64,000 nt of DNA from Candidatus Dadabacteria bacterium (GTDB taxonomy: Bacteria; Desulfobacterota_D; UBA1144; Nemesobacterales; Nemesobacteraceae). A program made the translations under genes and the position numbers. Below, piece after piece: positions 47,590 to 56,769 of this stretch. The stretch spans positions 11,576-75,575 of the forward strand of contig JAJEGO010000059.1 of assembly GCA_022819805.1 (NCBI GenBank). Direction: 5' to 3'. The notes beneath the pieces were generated by a model that was given only the letters and a program-made list of their open reading frames with translations, was not told the DNA's origin and made no database searches. The stretch's first letter is position 1; every line of letters starts with the position of its first letter.

Positions 47590-48264
47590 TCAGCCGGCTG
47601 CCGCCCCGTTTTTTTCCGTTTCTTTCTTTATCAGCCCTAGCTCCAGAAGCTTCCTGTAGGTCTTGGTGTGGGAGCCGTAATGGGAGAAGGTCTCTATGTC
47701 CTCGGGCTCGTCGATATCAATGCTGATGTTGAAGTTTTTGTAGACGTCACAGGGCACGTATCTTCGCTCTGCCTCTTCCTTGTGCTTCCTGAAGCTGTCG
47801 TTGCCGAACATCGAGGGTATGCTGTCGGGAGGCTTTCTCAGTATGGCGTTTGTGCCGAGTTCGTCCTCTGAGGGGACAAGGATAACGGACTTTCCCTTTT
47901 TCTCTTTCTCTAGGACGGAATCGAGATCCTCTCCGGTTATGAGAGGGGCGTCGCCCGGGATTACGAGCACCGACTTCGCGCCCATTTTTCTGCAGACCTG
48001 AATCGCCAGGTCGACCGACGAGCTCTCCCCGAGCTGGCTCTCCTCCCTTATGACGGCAAACCCTTCCTCAAGGGCCATTTTCTCCGCTTTCCTGTCGACC
48101 GTCACAATGACCCTGTTGTCGGCAAGTTTCGAGTTTCCCACAGCGGAGAACACGTCTTCCAGCATCACGTAGGCAAGTTCGGTTCTCTGCTTGTTGCTGA
48201 GCACAGAGGCAAGCCTTTCGTTTGCCTTTGAAAGATCTTTTACGGGAACCAGTATGAATTTCAA
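47590..48264 (-). CDS. cofC: 2-phospho-L-lactate (or PEP) guanylyltransferase CofC/FbiD, an F420 biosynthesis enzyme.
   Basis: The product begins MKFILVPVKDLSKANERLASVL...ML.DV and has a MobA-like NTP-transferase fold signature. The probable TTG start at 48264 has a GAGGT Shine-Dalgarno 8 nt upstream, while the six-frame ORF starts 30 nt earlier at a GTG. Confidence 0.65.
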   Translation of the reverse strand: MKFILVPVKDLSKANERLASVLSNKQRTELAYVMLEDVFSAVGNSKLADNRVIVTVDRKAEKMALEEGFAVIREESQLGESSSVDLAIQVCRKMGAKSVLVIPGDAPLITGEDLDSVLEKEKKGKSVILVPSEDELGTNAILRKPPDSIPSMFGNDSFRKHKEEAERRYVPCDVYKNFNISIDIDEPEDIETFSHYGSHTKTYRKLLELGLIKKETEKNGAAAG

Positions 48265-48414
48265 AATTGCTACCTCGCTGTGGCGGGTCTCCACCCACGC
48301 ACTATTGTATCCAATAAAAATATCGCTTGAAAAACAGAAAAAATTGTGAGCCTGAGGATGTCAATTTCTTGGATTACCATTAATGGTCAGTATTATGATT
48401 GAAGAAGAGGAATT

Positions 48415-48738
48415 ATGGCAATGAAAAGTCCTGTGCATCCTGGTGTCGTTGTACGCGAGGATTGTATGAAACCATTGAATCTGTCGATTACCAAATGCGC
48501 AAAGCTGCTTGGCGTGGCGCGTCAGACGCTTTCCAATCTTGTAAACGCAAAGACCTCGGTTTCCGTCGAGATGGCCTACAGGCTATCAAAGGCGTTCGGT
48601 TCAACTCCACGAATTTGGCTTGGCATGCAACTGGCCTTTGATCTTGCCCAATCGCGGGAACTGGAACGGAAGATTAAGGTAAAGCGCATTTCCGCAGGGC
48701 GCAAATCAAAGGAAAGGATAACCCCACAGTCGGGATAA
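48415..48738 (+). CDS. higA: HigA-family antitoxin (COG3093-type XRE HTH) with no HigB partner.
   Basis: The motifs HPGVVVRED, LSITKCAKLLGVARQTLSNLVN and EMAYRLSKAFGSTPRIWLGMQ are typical of HigA/VapI antidotes. Only ~120 bp of non-coding DNA lies upstream and hisB lies downstream. Confidence 0.7.
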   Translation: MAMKSPVHPGVVVREDCMKPLNLSITKCAKLLGVARQTLSNLVNAKTSVSVEMAYRLSKAFGSTPRIWLGMQLAFDLAQSRELERKIKVKRISAGRKSKERITPQSG

Positions 48739-48777
48739 AACGAGGAACCCGCCTCTTGCGAGCCGTCTCGGGCCTTG

Positions 48778-48806
48778 TTGACAGTAGAAGTTGCCTCTAT
48801 ATAGAA
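48778..48806 (+). promoter_or_regulatory. Sigma70-type promoter upstream of hisB. The -35 is TTGACA (48778-48783) and the -10 is TATAGA/ATAGAA (~48800-48806).
   Basis: Hexamers read from the sequence, with a 16-17-nt spacer, ~50 nt upstream of the hisB start. Confidence 0.4.
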
Positions 48807-48855
48807 TGATTAGCGAAATTCTCCAGCGAACTATGAGAAAAGGAGCCCAACTTTA

Positions 48856-49443
48856 ATGACCCGTAAAGCCGTTTTAAAAAGAAAAACGTCCGAAGTCAGC
48901 GCCAGCGTCGAACTTGATCTCGACGGAACCGGGAAATTCGACATCTCGACAGGAGTGCCGTTTTTCGACCACATGCTGAGCCAGTTCGCAAAGCACGGCT
49001 ACTTTGACCTCACGGTCAAGGCCGAAGGAGACATTGACGTTGACTTCCACCACACCGTTGAGGATGTAGGGATAGCTCTCGGGGAAGCCTTCTCCGAGGC
49101 TCTCGGAGACAAGAGGGGAATCACAAGGTACGGGCACGCCGTAATTCCTTTTGACGACGCGCTTGTAGTGGTGGCAGTCGATCTCAGCGACAGGCCCTGC
49201 TTTGTCCTCAAGGGGGAAATTCCCGCGGGCAAGGTCGGAGACTTTGACTCGGAGCTCGCAGAGGAGTTTTTCAAATCCCTAACGAACTCGCTTCGCTGCA
49301 ACCTGCACATCGAGTTTCGCCACGGAACGAACCTGCACCACATAATAGAAGCAATGTTCAAGGCCCTTGGAAGGTCCATGGACACGGCCTCGGCGCTTGA
49401 CGGCCGCCGCGACGATATCCCCTCGACCAAGGGGACTCTCTAG
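48856..49443 (+). CDS. hisB: Imidazoleglycerol-phosphate dehydratase.
   Basis: The 195-aa product has the IGPD motifs FFDHML and HHTVEDVGIALG, and later HHIIEA. Confidence 0.9.
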   Translation: MTRKAVLKRKTSEVSASVELDLDGTGKFDISTGVPFFDHMLSQFAKHGYFDLTVKAEGDIDVDFHHTVEDVGIALGEAFSEALGDKRGITRYGHAVIPFDDALVVVAVDLSDRPCFVLKGEIPAGKVGDFDSELAEEFFKSLTNSLRCNLHIEFRHGTNLHHIIEAMFKALGRSMDTASALDGRRDDIPSTKGTL

Positions 49444-50063
49444 TGATTTCCATAGTGGATTACGGGATGGGGAACCTGAGGAGCGTTGAGAAGGGTTTTA
49501 CCTCTCAGGGCATCGACGTCCGCGTGAGCGCGGACCCGGGCGACATAGAGGGCTCAAGCGGTCTCGTGCTTCCGGGAGTGGGGGCTTTCGGCGACTGCGT
49601 TAGAAACCTCCGCGAGCGTTCCATGATCGGGCCCATAAAGGATTTCATCGGAAGCGGCCGGCCCTTTCTGGGAATATGCCTCGGTTTCCAGGTGCTGTTT
49701 GAGTCAAGCGAGGAAGCCCCGGGGGAGGAGGGGCTCGGGATCTTCAGGGGGAAGGTGGTGCGGTTCCGCCCCGAGGAGAAGAGGCTTAAGGTGCCCCACA
49801 TGGGTTGGAACAGGGTGAGCGTGCCCGCCGAGAGTTCCATACTTGAGGGGATACCGCAGCGAAGCTGGTTTTATTTTGTTCACTCTTACCACGTGGTCTC
49901 GGAGCAGTCCGGGGTGAGTGTTCTCCGCTCTGATTACGGGGGCGAGTTCGAGGCGGGAGTCATATCGGGGAATCTCTCGGCCTTCCAGTTCCACCCTGAA
50001 AAAAGTTCCGATTACGGGCTCATGATCTTGAGGAACTTCTCGAAGCTCTGTCTTGAGAACTGA
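49443..50063 (+). CDS. hisH: Imidazole glycerol phosphate synthase glutaminase subunit.
   Basis: The 206-aa product is a class I glutamine amidotransferase (IVDYGMGNLRSV and GICLGFQVLF, with a His/Glu dyad near the C-terminus). Confidence 0.9.
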   Translation: MISIVDYGMGNLRSVEKGFTSQGIDVRVSADPGDIEGSSGLVLPGVGAFGDCVRNLRERSMIGPIKDFIGSGRPFLGICLGFQVLFESSEEAPGEEGLGIFRGKVVRFRPEEKRLKVPHMGWNRVSVPAESSILEGIPQRSWFYFVHSYHVVSEQSGVSVLRSDYGGEFEAGVISGNLSAFQFHPEKSSDYGLMILRNFSKLCLEN

Positions 50064-52045
50064 TCTTTCTCCTTTCCATAGACCGCCTCGTACGCGGCGT
50101 AGCTTCTAAGGATTTTTTTAACGTAGTTCCTTGACTGCTCAAAGGGGATTTCTTCCACGAACTCGTCGATCTCGAGCGCCCCGTTTTTCTCGTACCATGT
50201 CTTGGCGCTTGTGGGGCCGCCGTTATAGCCGGCCAGACTTACGGCGAAGTTTCCACCGAAGATTTCGAGCAGCCAGTTCAGGTAGTAGCATCCGAGTTCA
50301 AGGTTAATGTCCGGGGAGAAAAGCTGGGAAGTCTTGAAACCCGAAAGGCCCGCCTTGGGGGCTGTCTCAAGCGCGGTCGAGGGCAGAAGCTGCATGAGCC
50401 CTCTCGCGTCGGAAACCGAGACCGCCTCCCTGTCGAAATGGCTCTCCTCCCTTATGACTGAGTAAACAAGGAACTCGTCCAGGGCGTATTTCTGCGAAAA
50501 GAACCTCACCCGCTCCTCAAAACCCTTCGGAAAAGAGAGGCGGAGGGCCTCGGGAGACCCAAGACCGTTTGCCAGGCTTATGGAACTTTTGTAATCCTGC
50601 GCCTGCATGTAAAGCGAGGCGAGATAGAGGCGCTGTCCGACCGTTTTCGCCCGGGGCCGAAGCAGCTCGGCCTCCCTGAGGGCAAGGTCGTGTATCCCGG
50701 CCTTTGCGAAGAAAAGAAATTTCTTGAGCGCGGAATTTTTCCCGAAGGGATTTCCCGGGTGAGCCGCCGCGGTGCTCTGGGGCGGAATCAGGTTTTTTTT
50801 GAGCCTGAGCTTCGCGAGGAACGAGTAGTAGGTGATTTTCCGAGAGTCCGCGAGCTTCCCAAGAGCGAAAAGAGCCCCGGGCTTGTCCCCCCTCCTCTCG
50901 GCCGTCCTTGCGTACCAGTAAAGGAATCGCTCCCGCTCGGCGCCGTACGCCCAGGCGCGGTCGGAGAAAACCTCAAGCGCTTTTTCGTATTCCTTTTTCC
51001 TGTAGTGGATCCACCCAAGGTTCCAGGCGCTTTTCCTCGCCTCTTCCCTTTTAGGATATTTCTCGATGATGAGGCGATAGAGCCTCTCTGCTTCTTCGAA
51101 TTCCTCTCGCAGGTGGCGAAGCCTCGCGGCCTTGAGAAGCGATTTCGCCGTCCAGCGGCTTTCGGGGTTAAGCTTGTGGAGAAGCTCGAAAACGCCTATG
51201 GCCTCTTTTTCCTTCTCCATGCTCATGAGGGTAACGCCCCTCCAGTAAAAGGCCTTCGGGGAGTCGACCCCCGAGAAGACTTCCAGGGCTTCCGGAAACC
51301 TCGAGAGCCTGTAGAGGCAGATGCCGGTTTTAATTCTCACAGCGCTTGTCTGGGGAGCCCCGGAGAACGCCTCGAGCGCTCCCTCCCAGTTGCCGGTTTT
51401 GAACAGAATCTCTCCTCTTTTTGCAAACTGCTGCGGTGAGGGAGTGAAGGTCTTTTCGTTTTTTTTGTGAAGCTCGAACACGTAGTCAGAGAAGCTCACT
51501 TCGGGGTGCTCCGCCCATATCCTCTCGAACATCCCGGAGGCAGCGTGGAACAGTCCTTGTTTTTCCTTTATCTCGCCGAGATTTTTCAGGTGAACGGCTT
51601 TTTTCCACTTGCTGTCGGTTCTTAGGGCGAGACGGGAGTATATTTTCTCCGCCTCCGCGTGGCGGTCGCTTTTGAGGTGGATTTGGGCCAGGAGCTCATG
51701 GGCGTCATGGCCGATTGCCGAGTCGGGGTGATGTTTCAGGATCTTGAGCAGAAGCTCCTCGGCCCTCTCCCTCTGCCCGAGGCCGAGCGCCGCCTCGGCT
51801 TCGTAGTAGAGGATGTAGTCCTCTATGAAGATAAGCTTGTCCTTTATCTCGGGGAGGATCCCGTGGACCTCTGCATGCTGATCGTTTTGGGCGTGGCAGT
51901 GAAGCTTGAGGAACCGCGCCTCAAGAGTTTCCTCCGCAGACAGCAGGGCTTTTTCGCAGTCGGCGTGATTGGCGCGCGCGCCCTGCGACGCGGCGGCGAG
52001 AATAAGGAAAGCCAGGAGAAAAACGCTGAGTGACGACTTTTTCAA
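50012..52045 (-). CDS. slt: Soluble lytic murein transglycosylase (Slt70-like) with TPR-like superhelical repeats and a C-terminal SLT domain.
   Basis: The C-terminal SLT motif is ESHFDREAVSVSDARGLMQLLPSTA. A probable TTG start at 52045 gives the signal peptide MKKSSLSVFLLAFLILAAASQGARA, with a GAGGT Shine-Dalgarno 8 nt upstream. The six-frame ORF start at 52180 would overlap the upstream permease by 130 nt. Confidence 0.7.
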   Translation of the reverse strand: MKKSSLSVFLLAFLILAAASQGARANHADCEKALLSAEETLEARFLKLHCHAQNDQHAEVHGILPEIKDKLIFIEDYILYYEAEAALGLGQRERAEELLLKILKHHPDSAIGHDAHELLAQIHLKSDRHAEAEKIYSRLALRTDSKWKKAVHLKNLGEIKEKQGLFHAASGMFERIWAEHPEVSFSDYVFELHKKNEKTFTPSPQQFAKRGEILFKTGNWEGALEAFSGAPQTSAVRIKTGICLYRLSRFPEALEVFSGVDSPKAFYWRGVTLMSMEKEKEAIGVFELLHKLNPESRWTAKSLLKAARLRHLREEFEEAERLYRLIIEKYPKREEARKSAWNLGWIHYRKKEYEKALEVFSDRAWAYGAERERFLYWYARTAERRGDKPGALFALGKLADSRKITYYSFLAKLRLKKNLIPPQSTAAAHPGNPFGKNSALKKFLFFAKAGIHDLALREAELLRPRAKTVGQRLYLASLYMQAQDYKSSISLANGLGSPEALRLSFPKGFEERVRFFSQKYALDEFLVYSVIREESHFDREAVSVSDARGLMQLLPSTALETAPKAGLSGFKTSQLFSPDINLELGCYYLNWLLEIFGGNFAVSLAGYNGGPTSAKTWYEKNGALEIDEFVEEIPFEQSRNYVKKILRSYAAYEAVYGKEKDQFSRQSFEKFLKIMSP

Positions 52046-52050
52046 TTCCG

Positions 52051-52860
52051 CTACCTCGCGCCCTCGGAAGCCAGAAGGTCCCTTATGCCTTCCCCGAAAA
52101 GGTTGAACGAAAGCGCCGTCACGAAAATCGCGAGGCTGGGGAACACTATAAGGTGGGGGAAAGTCCTTATCCCCTGCCACCCGGTGCTTGCAAGCGTGCC
52201 CCAGCTCGCCTCGGGCGGGGATATCCCAAGGCCGAGAAAGCTGAGGGTGGATTCCGTGAGGATGGCGTAAGGAACCGAAAACGTGACGGTGACTATGAGT
52301 GGGCTGAGCGTGTTCGGAAGTATGTGCCTTGCGAGAATGATTCTGGGCGAGGCCCCTAGAGCCCTCGCCGACTCGACGTACTCAAACGATTTTATTTGCA
52401 AAACGCTTCCCCTCACTATCCTCGCGACCCTCATCCACGACATCACCCCCAGGGATATGACTATGCCCGTTACCCCGGTTCCGATGACGAGCGTTAGCAG
52501 CACGATCAGCAGAAGGTCGGGAACGGCGTAGAACACGTCAACCGTGCGCATTATGAGTTCGTCGGTTTTCCCCCCCGCGTATCCCGAGACTGCCCCCAGC
52601 ACCGTTCCGATTACAAGGGCCATCGCCGCTGTTCCCACCGCGACCACGATCGATATCCTGGAGCCGTAAATTACCCTGCTCAGCAGATCGCGTCCCTCCT
52701 GGTCCGTTCCCATTAGGTGCACAGAGTCGGGGGCGCGGAGCGCGTTTGAGAAATTCGTCTGGTCGTACTCATAAGGGGAGAGCACCGGCGCGAAAATCGC
52801 CACCAGGATTATGAGGAGTATTACCGCTCCGGTGATTATTACCTGGGCTTTTACGTACAT
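52051..52860 (-). CDS. ABC transporter permease of the DppC/OppC/NikC type. It stands alone, with no cognate ATPase or binding-protein genes adjacent.
   Basis: The 269-aa product has ~6 transmembrane helices and an EAA-like loop (ARALGASPRIILARHILPN) typical of binding-protein-dependent permeases. Confidence 0.7.
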   Translation of the reverse strand: MYVKAQVIITGAVILLIILVAIFAPVLSPYEYDQTNFSNALRAPDSVHLMGTDQEGRDLLSRVIYGSRISIVVAVGTAAMALVIGTVLGAVSGYAGGKTDELIMRTVDVFYAVPDLLLIVLLTLVIGTGVTGIVISLGVMSWMRVARIVRGSVLQIKSFEYVESARALGASPRIILARHILPNTLSPLIVTVTFSVPYAILTESTLSFLGLGISPPEASWGTLASTGWQGIRTFPHLIVFPSLAIFVTALSFNLFGEGIRDLLASEGAR

Positions 52861-52881
52861 GCTTGCCGGGGCCCGATGAGT

Positions 52882-53241
52882 TCAGCCGTCTTTTCTGTGC
52901 GTGGCCCGCACCACAGTCTTTATTCCGCCGCGGACGTTGAAGTCGCCCGTGACCTCGACCGACCTGGGATCGCACACCGAGACGAAGTCGTTTAGAATTC
53001 TGTTCGTCACGTGCTCGTGGAACTCGCCCGTGTTCCTGTAGGAGAACATGTAAAGCTTGAGGGACTTTAGTTCCACGCATAGGCGGTCGGGGACGTATTT
53101 TATCGTGATGGTCGCAAAGTCCGGCTGGCCGGTTTTGGGGCAAACGCAAGTGAACTCGGGACACGATATCTCGATTTCGTAGTCCCTCTCCGGGTTTTTG
53201 TTCTTAAAAGTCTCCAGGATTTCCGGGTTCGGTTCGTCCAT
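52882..53241 (-). CDS. queF: NADPH-dependent 7-cyano-7-deazaguanine reductase (type I QueF).
   Basis: The 119-aa product has the catalytic Cys motif [14 protein letters not shown] and the QueF motif E(S/L)K. Confidence 0.85.
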   Translation of the reverse strand: MDEPNPEILETFKNKNPERDYEIEISCPEFTCVCPKTGQPDFATITIKYVPDRLCVELKSLKLYMFSYRNTGEFHEHVTNRILNDFVSVCDPRSVEVTGDFNVRGGIKTVVRATHRKDG

Positions 53242-53345
53242 GGGCCAGAAAACGCCGCGCGGCCTTTGCGGGCGCCACCTCCGTACACGCTTAATTTATC
53301 AGATGTCAGCCGGCAATCAACCCGGACGGTGGGAGTTTCCCGGGT

Positions 53346-53374
53346 TTGACACCTTGGGGTTTAGAGTAAATAAT
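53346..53374 (+). promoter_or_regulatory. Promoter upstream of tRNA-Gln. The -35 is TTGACA (53346-53351) and the -10 is AATAAT (53369-53374), with a 17-nt spacer.
   Basis: Read from the sequence, ~15 nt upstream of the tRNA 5' end. Confidence 0.45.
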
Positions 53375-53388
53375 TTTTCTCCGCATTC

Positions 53389-53462
53389 TGGGGCATCGTA
53401 TAACGGCAGTACAGCGGACTCTGGATCCGCTAGTCTAGGTTCGAATCCTAGTGCCCCAGCCA
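53389..53462 (+). tRNA. tRNA-Gln (anticodon CUG) with an encoded CCA.
   Basis: Manual fold. The acceptor stem is TGGGGCA/TGCCCCA with U1-A72, as in E. coli tRNA-Gln. The D-stem is GTAT/GTAC. The anticodon stem is GCGGA/TCCGC with loop CT-CTG-GA. The T-arm is CTAGG-TTCGAAT-CCTAG. The discriminator is G, followed by CCA. Confidence 0.8.
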
Positions 53463-53499
53463 GCCGCTTCTTGGTGGTTCTTGCGGGGCGGGTTTCTAT

Positions 53500-54405
53500 T
53501 CACTCCATTATCTCGAATCGGAATATGTCGGGCCTTGAGAAGTGTCCCACGGAGTCTATGACGGTCTTGGCCCTTATTATCTGGTCAAGCTCGATTTCGG
53601 CGTAGAGGATCTCCTCCTTTCCGTACACGGGACCGGCGATGTACTGCCCTCTTGGGTTTAGTATGCCGCTTCCCCCGGGGTAATCCCAGATCGTATGCTC
53701 TTTTAAGGGAAAGGAATCGGGAATCATGTCCTCTTCTATGAAGCCGGCCGAGATTATCACAAACACCTGTCCCTCAAACGCGTACTGGCGGCTCGCGAAA
53801 TCCATCGTGTCCTTGACGAACGAGTGTCCTCCCCAGAGCCCCACGTGCACCTGCTCCCCCTTGGTGAACATCGCGTACTTCTCGAGGGTCATGTGGTGCT
53901 CGTAGCAGAAAAGCCCCCCTATTTTCCCGACTTCGGTGTCAAACACTCTCACGTCCTCGGCGGTTCCGTTGGCCCAGACGCATTTTTCGCTGTCAATCGA
54001 CATGAGCTTCCTGTGCCTGCCGAGAAGCGTGCCGTCCTTGCCGAAGTAAAGTATGGTGTTGTAGAGGGTTCCCCCCTCTTTTTCGTTAACCCCTATCACG
54101 ACGCACGTTTTTGCCCGCTTCGCCGCGTTGCCGATTCTTTTCGTGTCCTCCCCCGGAACCTCGACCGAGTTTCTGTGAAGCTCGACGTGGGCGTCCATGG
54201 TGAGCTTTTTCTCGGCGCCGAACCCGAGATCCTTGGGCCAGTAGGGATAGGTGGGGATAAACGCCTCGGGAAAAACCACGAGCTCAGCCCCGTTTCCCGC
54301 GGCTTCCTTTATGAGCCTGAGAACCTTATCGACCGTGCCTTTTTTGTCGAGAAAAACGGGAGCGGCCTGCACCGTCGCAGCCGTAAAGGATTTTCCGTTG
54401 CTCAT
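53500..54405 (-). CDS. Carbon-nitrogen hydrolase, nitrilase/aliphatic-amidase family.
   Basis: The 301-aa product has the catalytic triad context FPEAFIPTYP (Glu), RKLM (Lys) and GGLFCYEHH (Cys). Confidence 0.75.
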   Translation of the reverse strand: MSNGKSFTAATVQAAPVFLDKKGTVDKVLRLIKEAAGNGAELVVFPEAFIPTYPYWPKDLGFGAEKKLTMDAHVELHRNSVEVPGEDTKRIGNAAKRAKTCVVIGVNEKEGGTLYNTILYFGKDGTLLGRHRKLMSIDSEKCVWANGTAEDVRVFDTEVGKIGGLFCYEHHMTLEKYAMFTKGEQVHVGLWGGHSFVKDTMDFASRQYAFEGQVFVIISAGFIEEDMIPDSFPLKEHTIWDYPGGSGILNPRGQYIAGPVYGKEEILYAEIELDQIIRAKTVIDSVGHFSRPDIFRFEIME

Positions 54406-54472
54406 AATGGGTTATTATATAATGAAACTTGAAAAAAAGCAGGGTCTTTGACCCGAAGCAAGGGGGATAAAA

Positions 54473-55237
54473 ATGGGAAGACTTGATGGAAAGACGGCGC
54501 TCATAACGGGCGGGGGAGAGGGAATAGGGAAGGAGACAGCGCTTCTGTTCTCCGCTGAAGGCGCCAATGTGGGCATAATGTCCAGGACCGCGGAGAGACT
54601 GGACGAGGTGGTTTCGGAGAACCCGGGTCCCGGGGAGATAAAGGCCTATCCGGGGGACGTTTCAGTGGAAGAGGACGTAAAGAGGGTGGTTGAGGCTTTT
54701 TATGGTGATTTCGGAAGGGTCGACATACTGTTTAACAACGCCGGGATCCTTGAGGGCGGCACGGTGGTAACGACCTCCAACGAGGTCTGGGACCGCACGA
54801 TCGACATAAACGTGAAAGGGGTTTTTCTCGTAAGCAAGTACGTCGTTCCGCTCATGGCGAAGCACGGCGGGGGCTCCATAATCAACAACTCAAGCGTGCT
54901 CGGCATCGTGGGGATGGAGGGTTGCGTGGCGTATAACGCCTCCAAGGGGGCCGTCAGGCAGATAACGAGAAGCATGGCCCTTGATCACGCGAAGGACAAC
55001 ATAAGGACAAACTCCGTCTGCCCCGGCTACATAAAGACCAAGATGGACCCCGAGTTCATGGGGAACCCCCCGGACGCGGAGGAGCAGCTCGACGCGATAG
55101 CGGCCGACATGATTCCCCTTGTGAGAAGGGCCGAGGCGGAGGAAGTTGCCCACTCGGTGCTCTACCTGGCTTCTGACGAGGCCCGGTACGTTACGGGATC
55201 CGATCTCGTTATAGACGGGGGCTGGACCACGCTTTAG
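54473..55237 (+). CDS. SDR-family NAD(P)-dependent oxidoreductase.
   Basis: The product has TGGGEGIG, NNAG and the catalytic YNASKGAV. Confidence 0.8.
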   Translation: MGRLDGKTALITGGGEGIGKETALLFSAEGANVGIMSRTAERLDEVVSENPGPGEIKAYPGDVSVEEDVKRVVEAFYGDFGRVDILFNNAGILEGGTVVTTSNEVWDRTIDINVKGVFLVSKYVVPLMAKHGGGSIINNSSVLGIVGMEGCVAYNASKGAVRQITRSMALDHAKDNIRTNSVCPGYIKTKMDPEFMGNPPDAEEQLDAIAADMIPLVRRAEAEEVAHSVLYLASDEARYVTGSDLVIDGGWTTL

Positions 55238-55293
55238 GCGCGGCGGGGAAGAAACTTTTAGAAAACAAACCAGATACAAAGGAGGAATTTATA

Positions 55294-56175
55294 ATGGAAG
55301 TTTTTGAAGCTATGGGCACGAGAAGAAGCTTTAGGTTCTACAAGCCCTGGAAGGAAGTTGAGGACTGGAAGATACAGAAGATGCTCCAGGCGGCGCGGTA
55401 CTGCTCCTGCCAGGGCAACTGCAACTCGACCGAGGCGATAGTTATAGACAAGAGGACCTATCCCCCGGAGAAGTTCGAGAAGATAGTTGAGTGCGGGTCC
55501 GCGTTTAACGAGATCCACCTGCGCCAGGCTCCGATTATCGTGGCGTGGCTCATAAACCTGGACGCCTGGTACAAGGAGCTGATACAGACCTTCCAGGTGC
55601 TGTTTCCCGCGAGGGCCATAACCGCCGCTCACGGCTGGACCTACAAGATACTGACCGAGAGCACCTATCCAAGGCTCATGAGCTTTCCCAAGGACAGGGC
55701 GGAGGATCTCCTGAGAGTCGAGGCGGGCCAGGCCATAGCGAACGCCATGCTCGCGGCGACGGACCTGGGCTTGGGGTGCTGCCTTATCGCCACGGGGAGA
55801 AAGCCGGCCGAGTTCCCGAAGGTTCTAGGGACTCCCGAGAACATAGTTCCCATCTGGCTCATGACGGTTGGATACCCGGCCGAGGATCCCGGGCAGAGGC
55901 CGAGGAAGAGGTTCGACAGACTCTATCACTCAAACGAGTACGGAACTCCGCTCGCGGAGGATCAGGACGTGCGCAAGGAGCTTGAGCAGGAGAAGCTCAT
56001 ACAGCCCATGGACCCGCTTCCCGGAAGGGAGGAGGAACTCCGGCACATATGCAGGATGTTCGGCTTCACGGAAGACATGTGCGACATGCCGAAGGAGAGG
56101 GTCCTTGAGATGTACGAGGAGGATTCTCCCTATTACGGGGAGCTTCCCCCGGGCCTTGAGGAAAAGGGAGTCTGA
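55294..56175 (+). CDS. Nitroreductase-family protein, unusually long at 293 aa, with a C-terminal extension.
   Basis: The N-terminal motif RRSFRFY and the C-terminal AGQAIANAMLAATDLGLGCCLIATG are typical of the nitroreductase / SagB-like fold. Confidence 0.55.
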   Translation: MEVFEAMGTRRSFRFYKPWKEVEDWKIQKMLQAARYCSCQGNCNSTEAIVIDKRTYPPEKFEKIVECGSAFNEIHLRQAPIIVAWLINLDAWYKELIQTFQVLFPARAITAAHGWTYKILTESTYPRLMSFPKDRAEDLLRVEAGQAIANAMLAATDLGLGCCLIATGRKPAEFPKVLGTPENIVPIWLMTVGYPAEDPGQRPRKRFDRLYHSNEYGTPLAEDQDVRKELEQEKLIQPMDPLPGREEELRHICRMFGFTEDMCDMPKERVLEMYEEDSPYYGELPPGLEEKGV

Positions 56176-56194
56176 AAAAGGCCTATATATAATA

Positions 56195-56246
56195 AGGAAA
56201 GGGGCGCGGCTGCCTTCGGGGCTTCCCAGCGGGGGCCGCGCTTTTT
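56195..56246. terminator. GC-rich hairpin between convergent genes, probably a bidirectional terminator.
   Basis: The hairpin GGGGCGCGGC...GCCGCGC is followed by TTTTT on the plus strand. It lies between the nitroreductase stop (56175) and the cytochrome c stop (56251). Confidence 0.4.
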
Positions 56247-56250
56247 CGCG

Positions 56251-56631
56251 TCACTGCTTTTTGTATTCGCACTTGCAGAGGTTCTGCCTTATGTGCGCCA
56301 CCACGTTGTCTATGTCCTCGGGACTCACCACCCCGCCCCAAGGAGGCATTGCCGGGGACTTGCCGACGGCCATCCCGCCGTTTGCTATCACGTTTACCAG
56401 GTACTCGTCCGTGTAGCCCTCAAGAATGGCCGCGCTCGAGAGGTCTCTCGGCTTGGGATCAAGCGCCGCCGCGCCGACTCCGTCGCCAAGGCCCGTGGGG
56501 CCGTGGCAGAGAGCGCAGTAGGTGTCGTAGACTTCCTTGCCTTTCGCACTGTCGGCGGCGTGGGAGGATCCGGCCGCGAGCGAAAGCGCGCATGAGAAAA
56601 CAAGCACTGCGAGTAAAATTCCGTTTTTCAT
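56251..56631 (-). CDS. Class I monohaem c-type cytochrome (c553/c6-like), secreted.
   Basis: The 126-aa product has a signal peptide, the haem-binding motif CALCHG and a distal Met ligand region. Confidence 0.75.
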   Translation of the reverse strand: MKNGILLAVLVFSCALSLAAGSSHAADSAKGKEVYDTYCALCHGPTGLGDGVGAAALDPKPRDLSSAAILEGYTDEYLVNVIANGGMAVGKSPAMPPWGGVVSPEDIDNVVAHIRQNLCKCEYKKQ

Positions 56632-56769
56632 CTTCTTTGGTCTCTCTTCGGGAAAAAAGTTTGATTCGGGGAAAAGCTCCCCCAGCGTTTGAGTATATCT
56701 TTTTTGGCTTTATAATCAACTGTGGAGGCGGCTTTGCGTGAGCGCCTCGGGCAAGGGGGTAAAGGCTGG

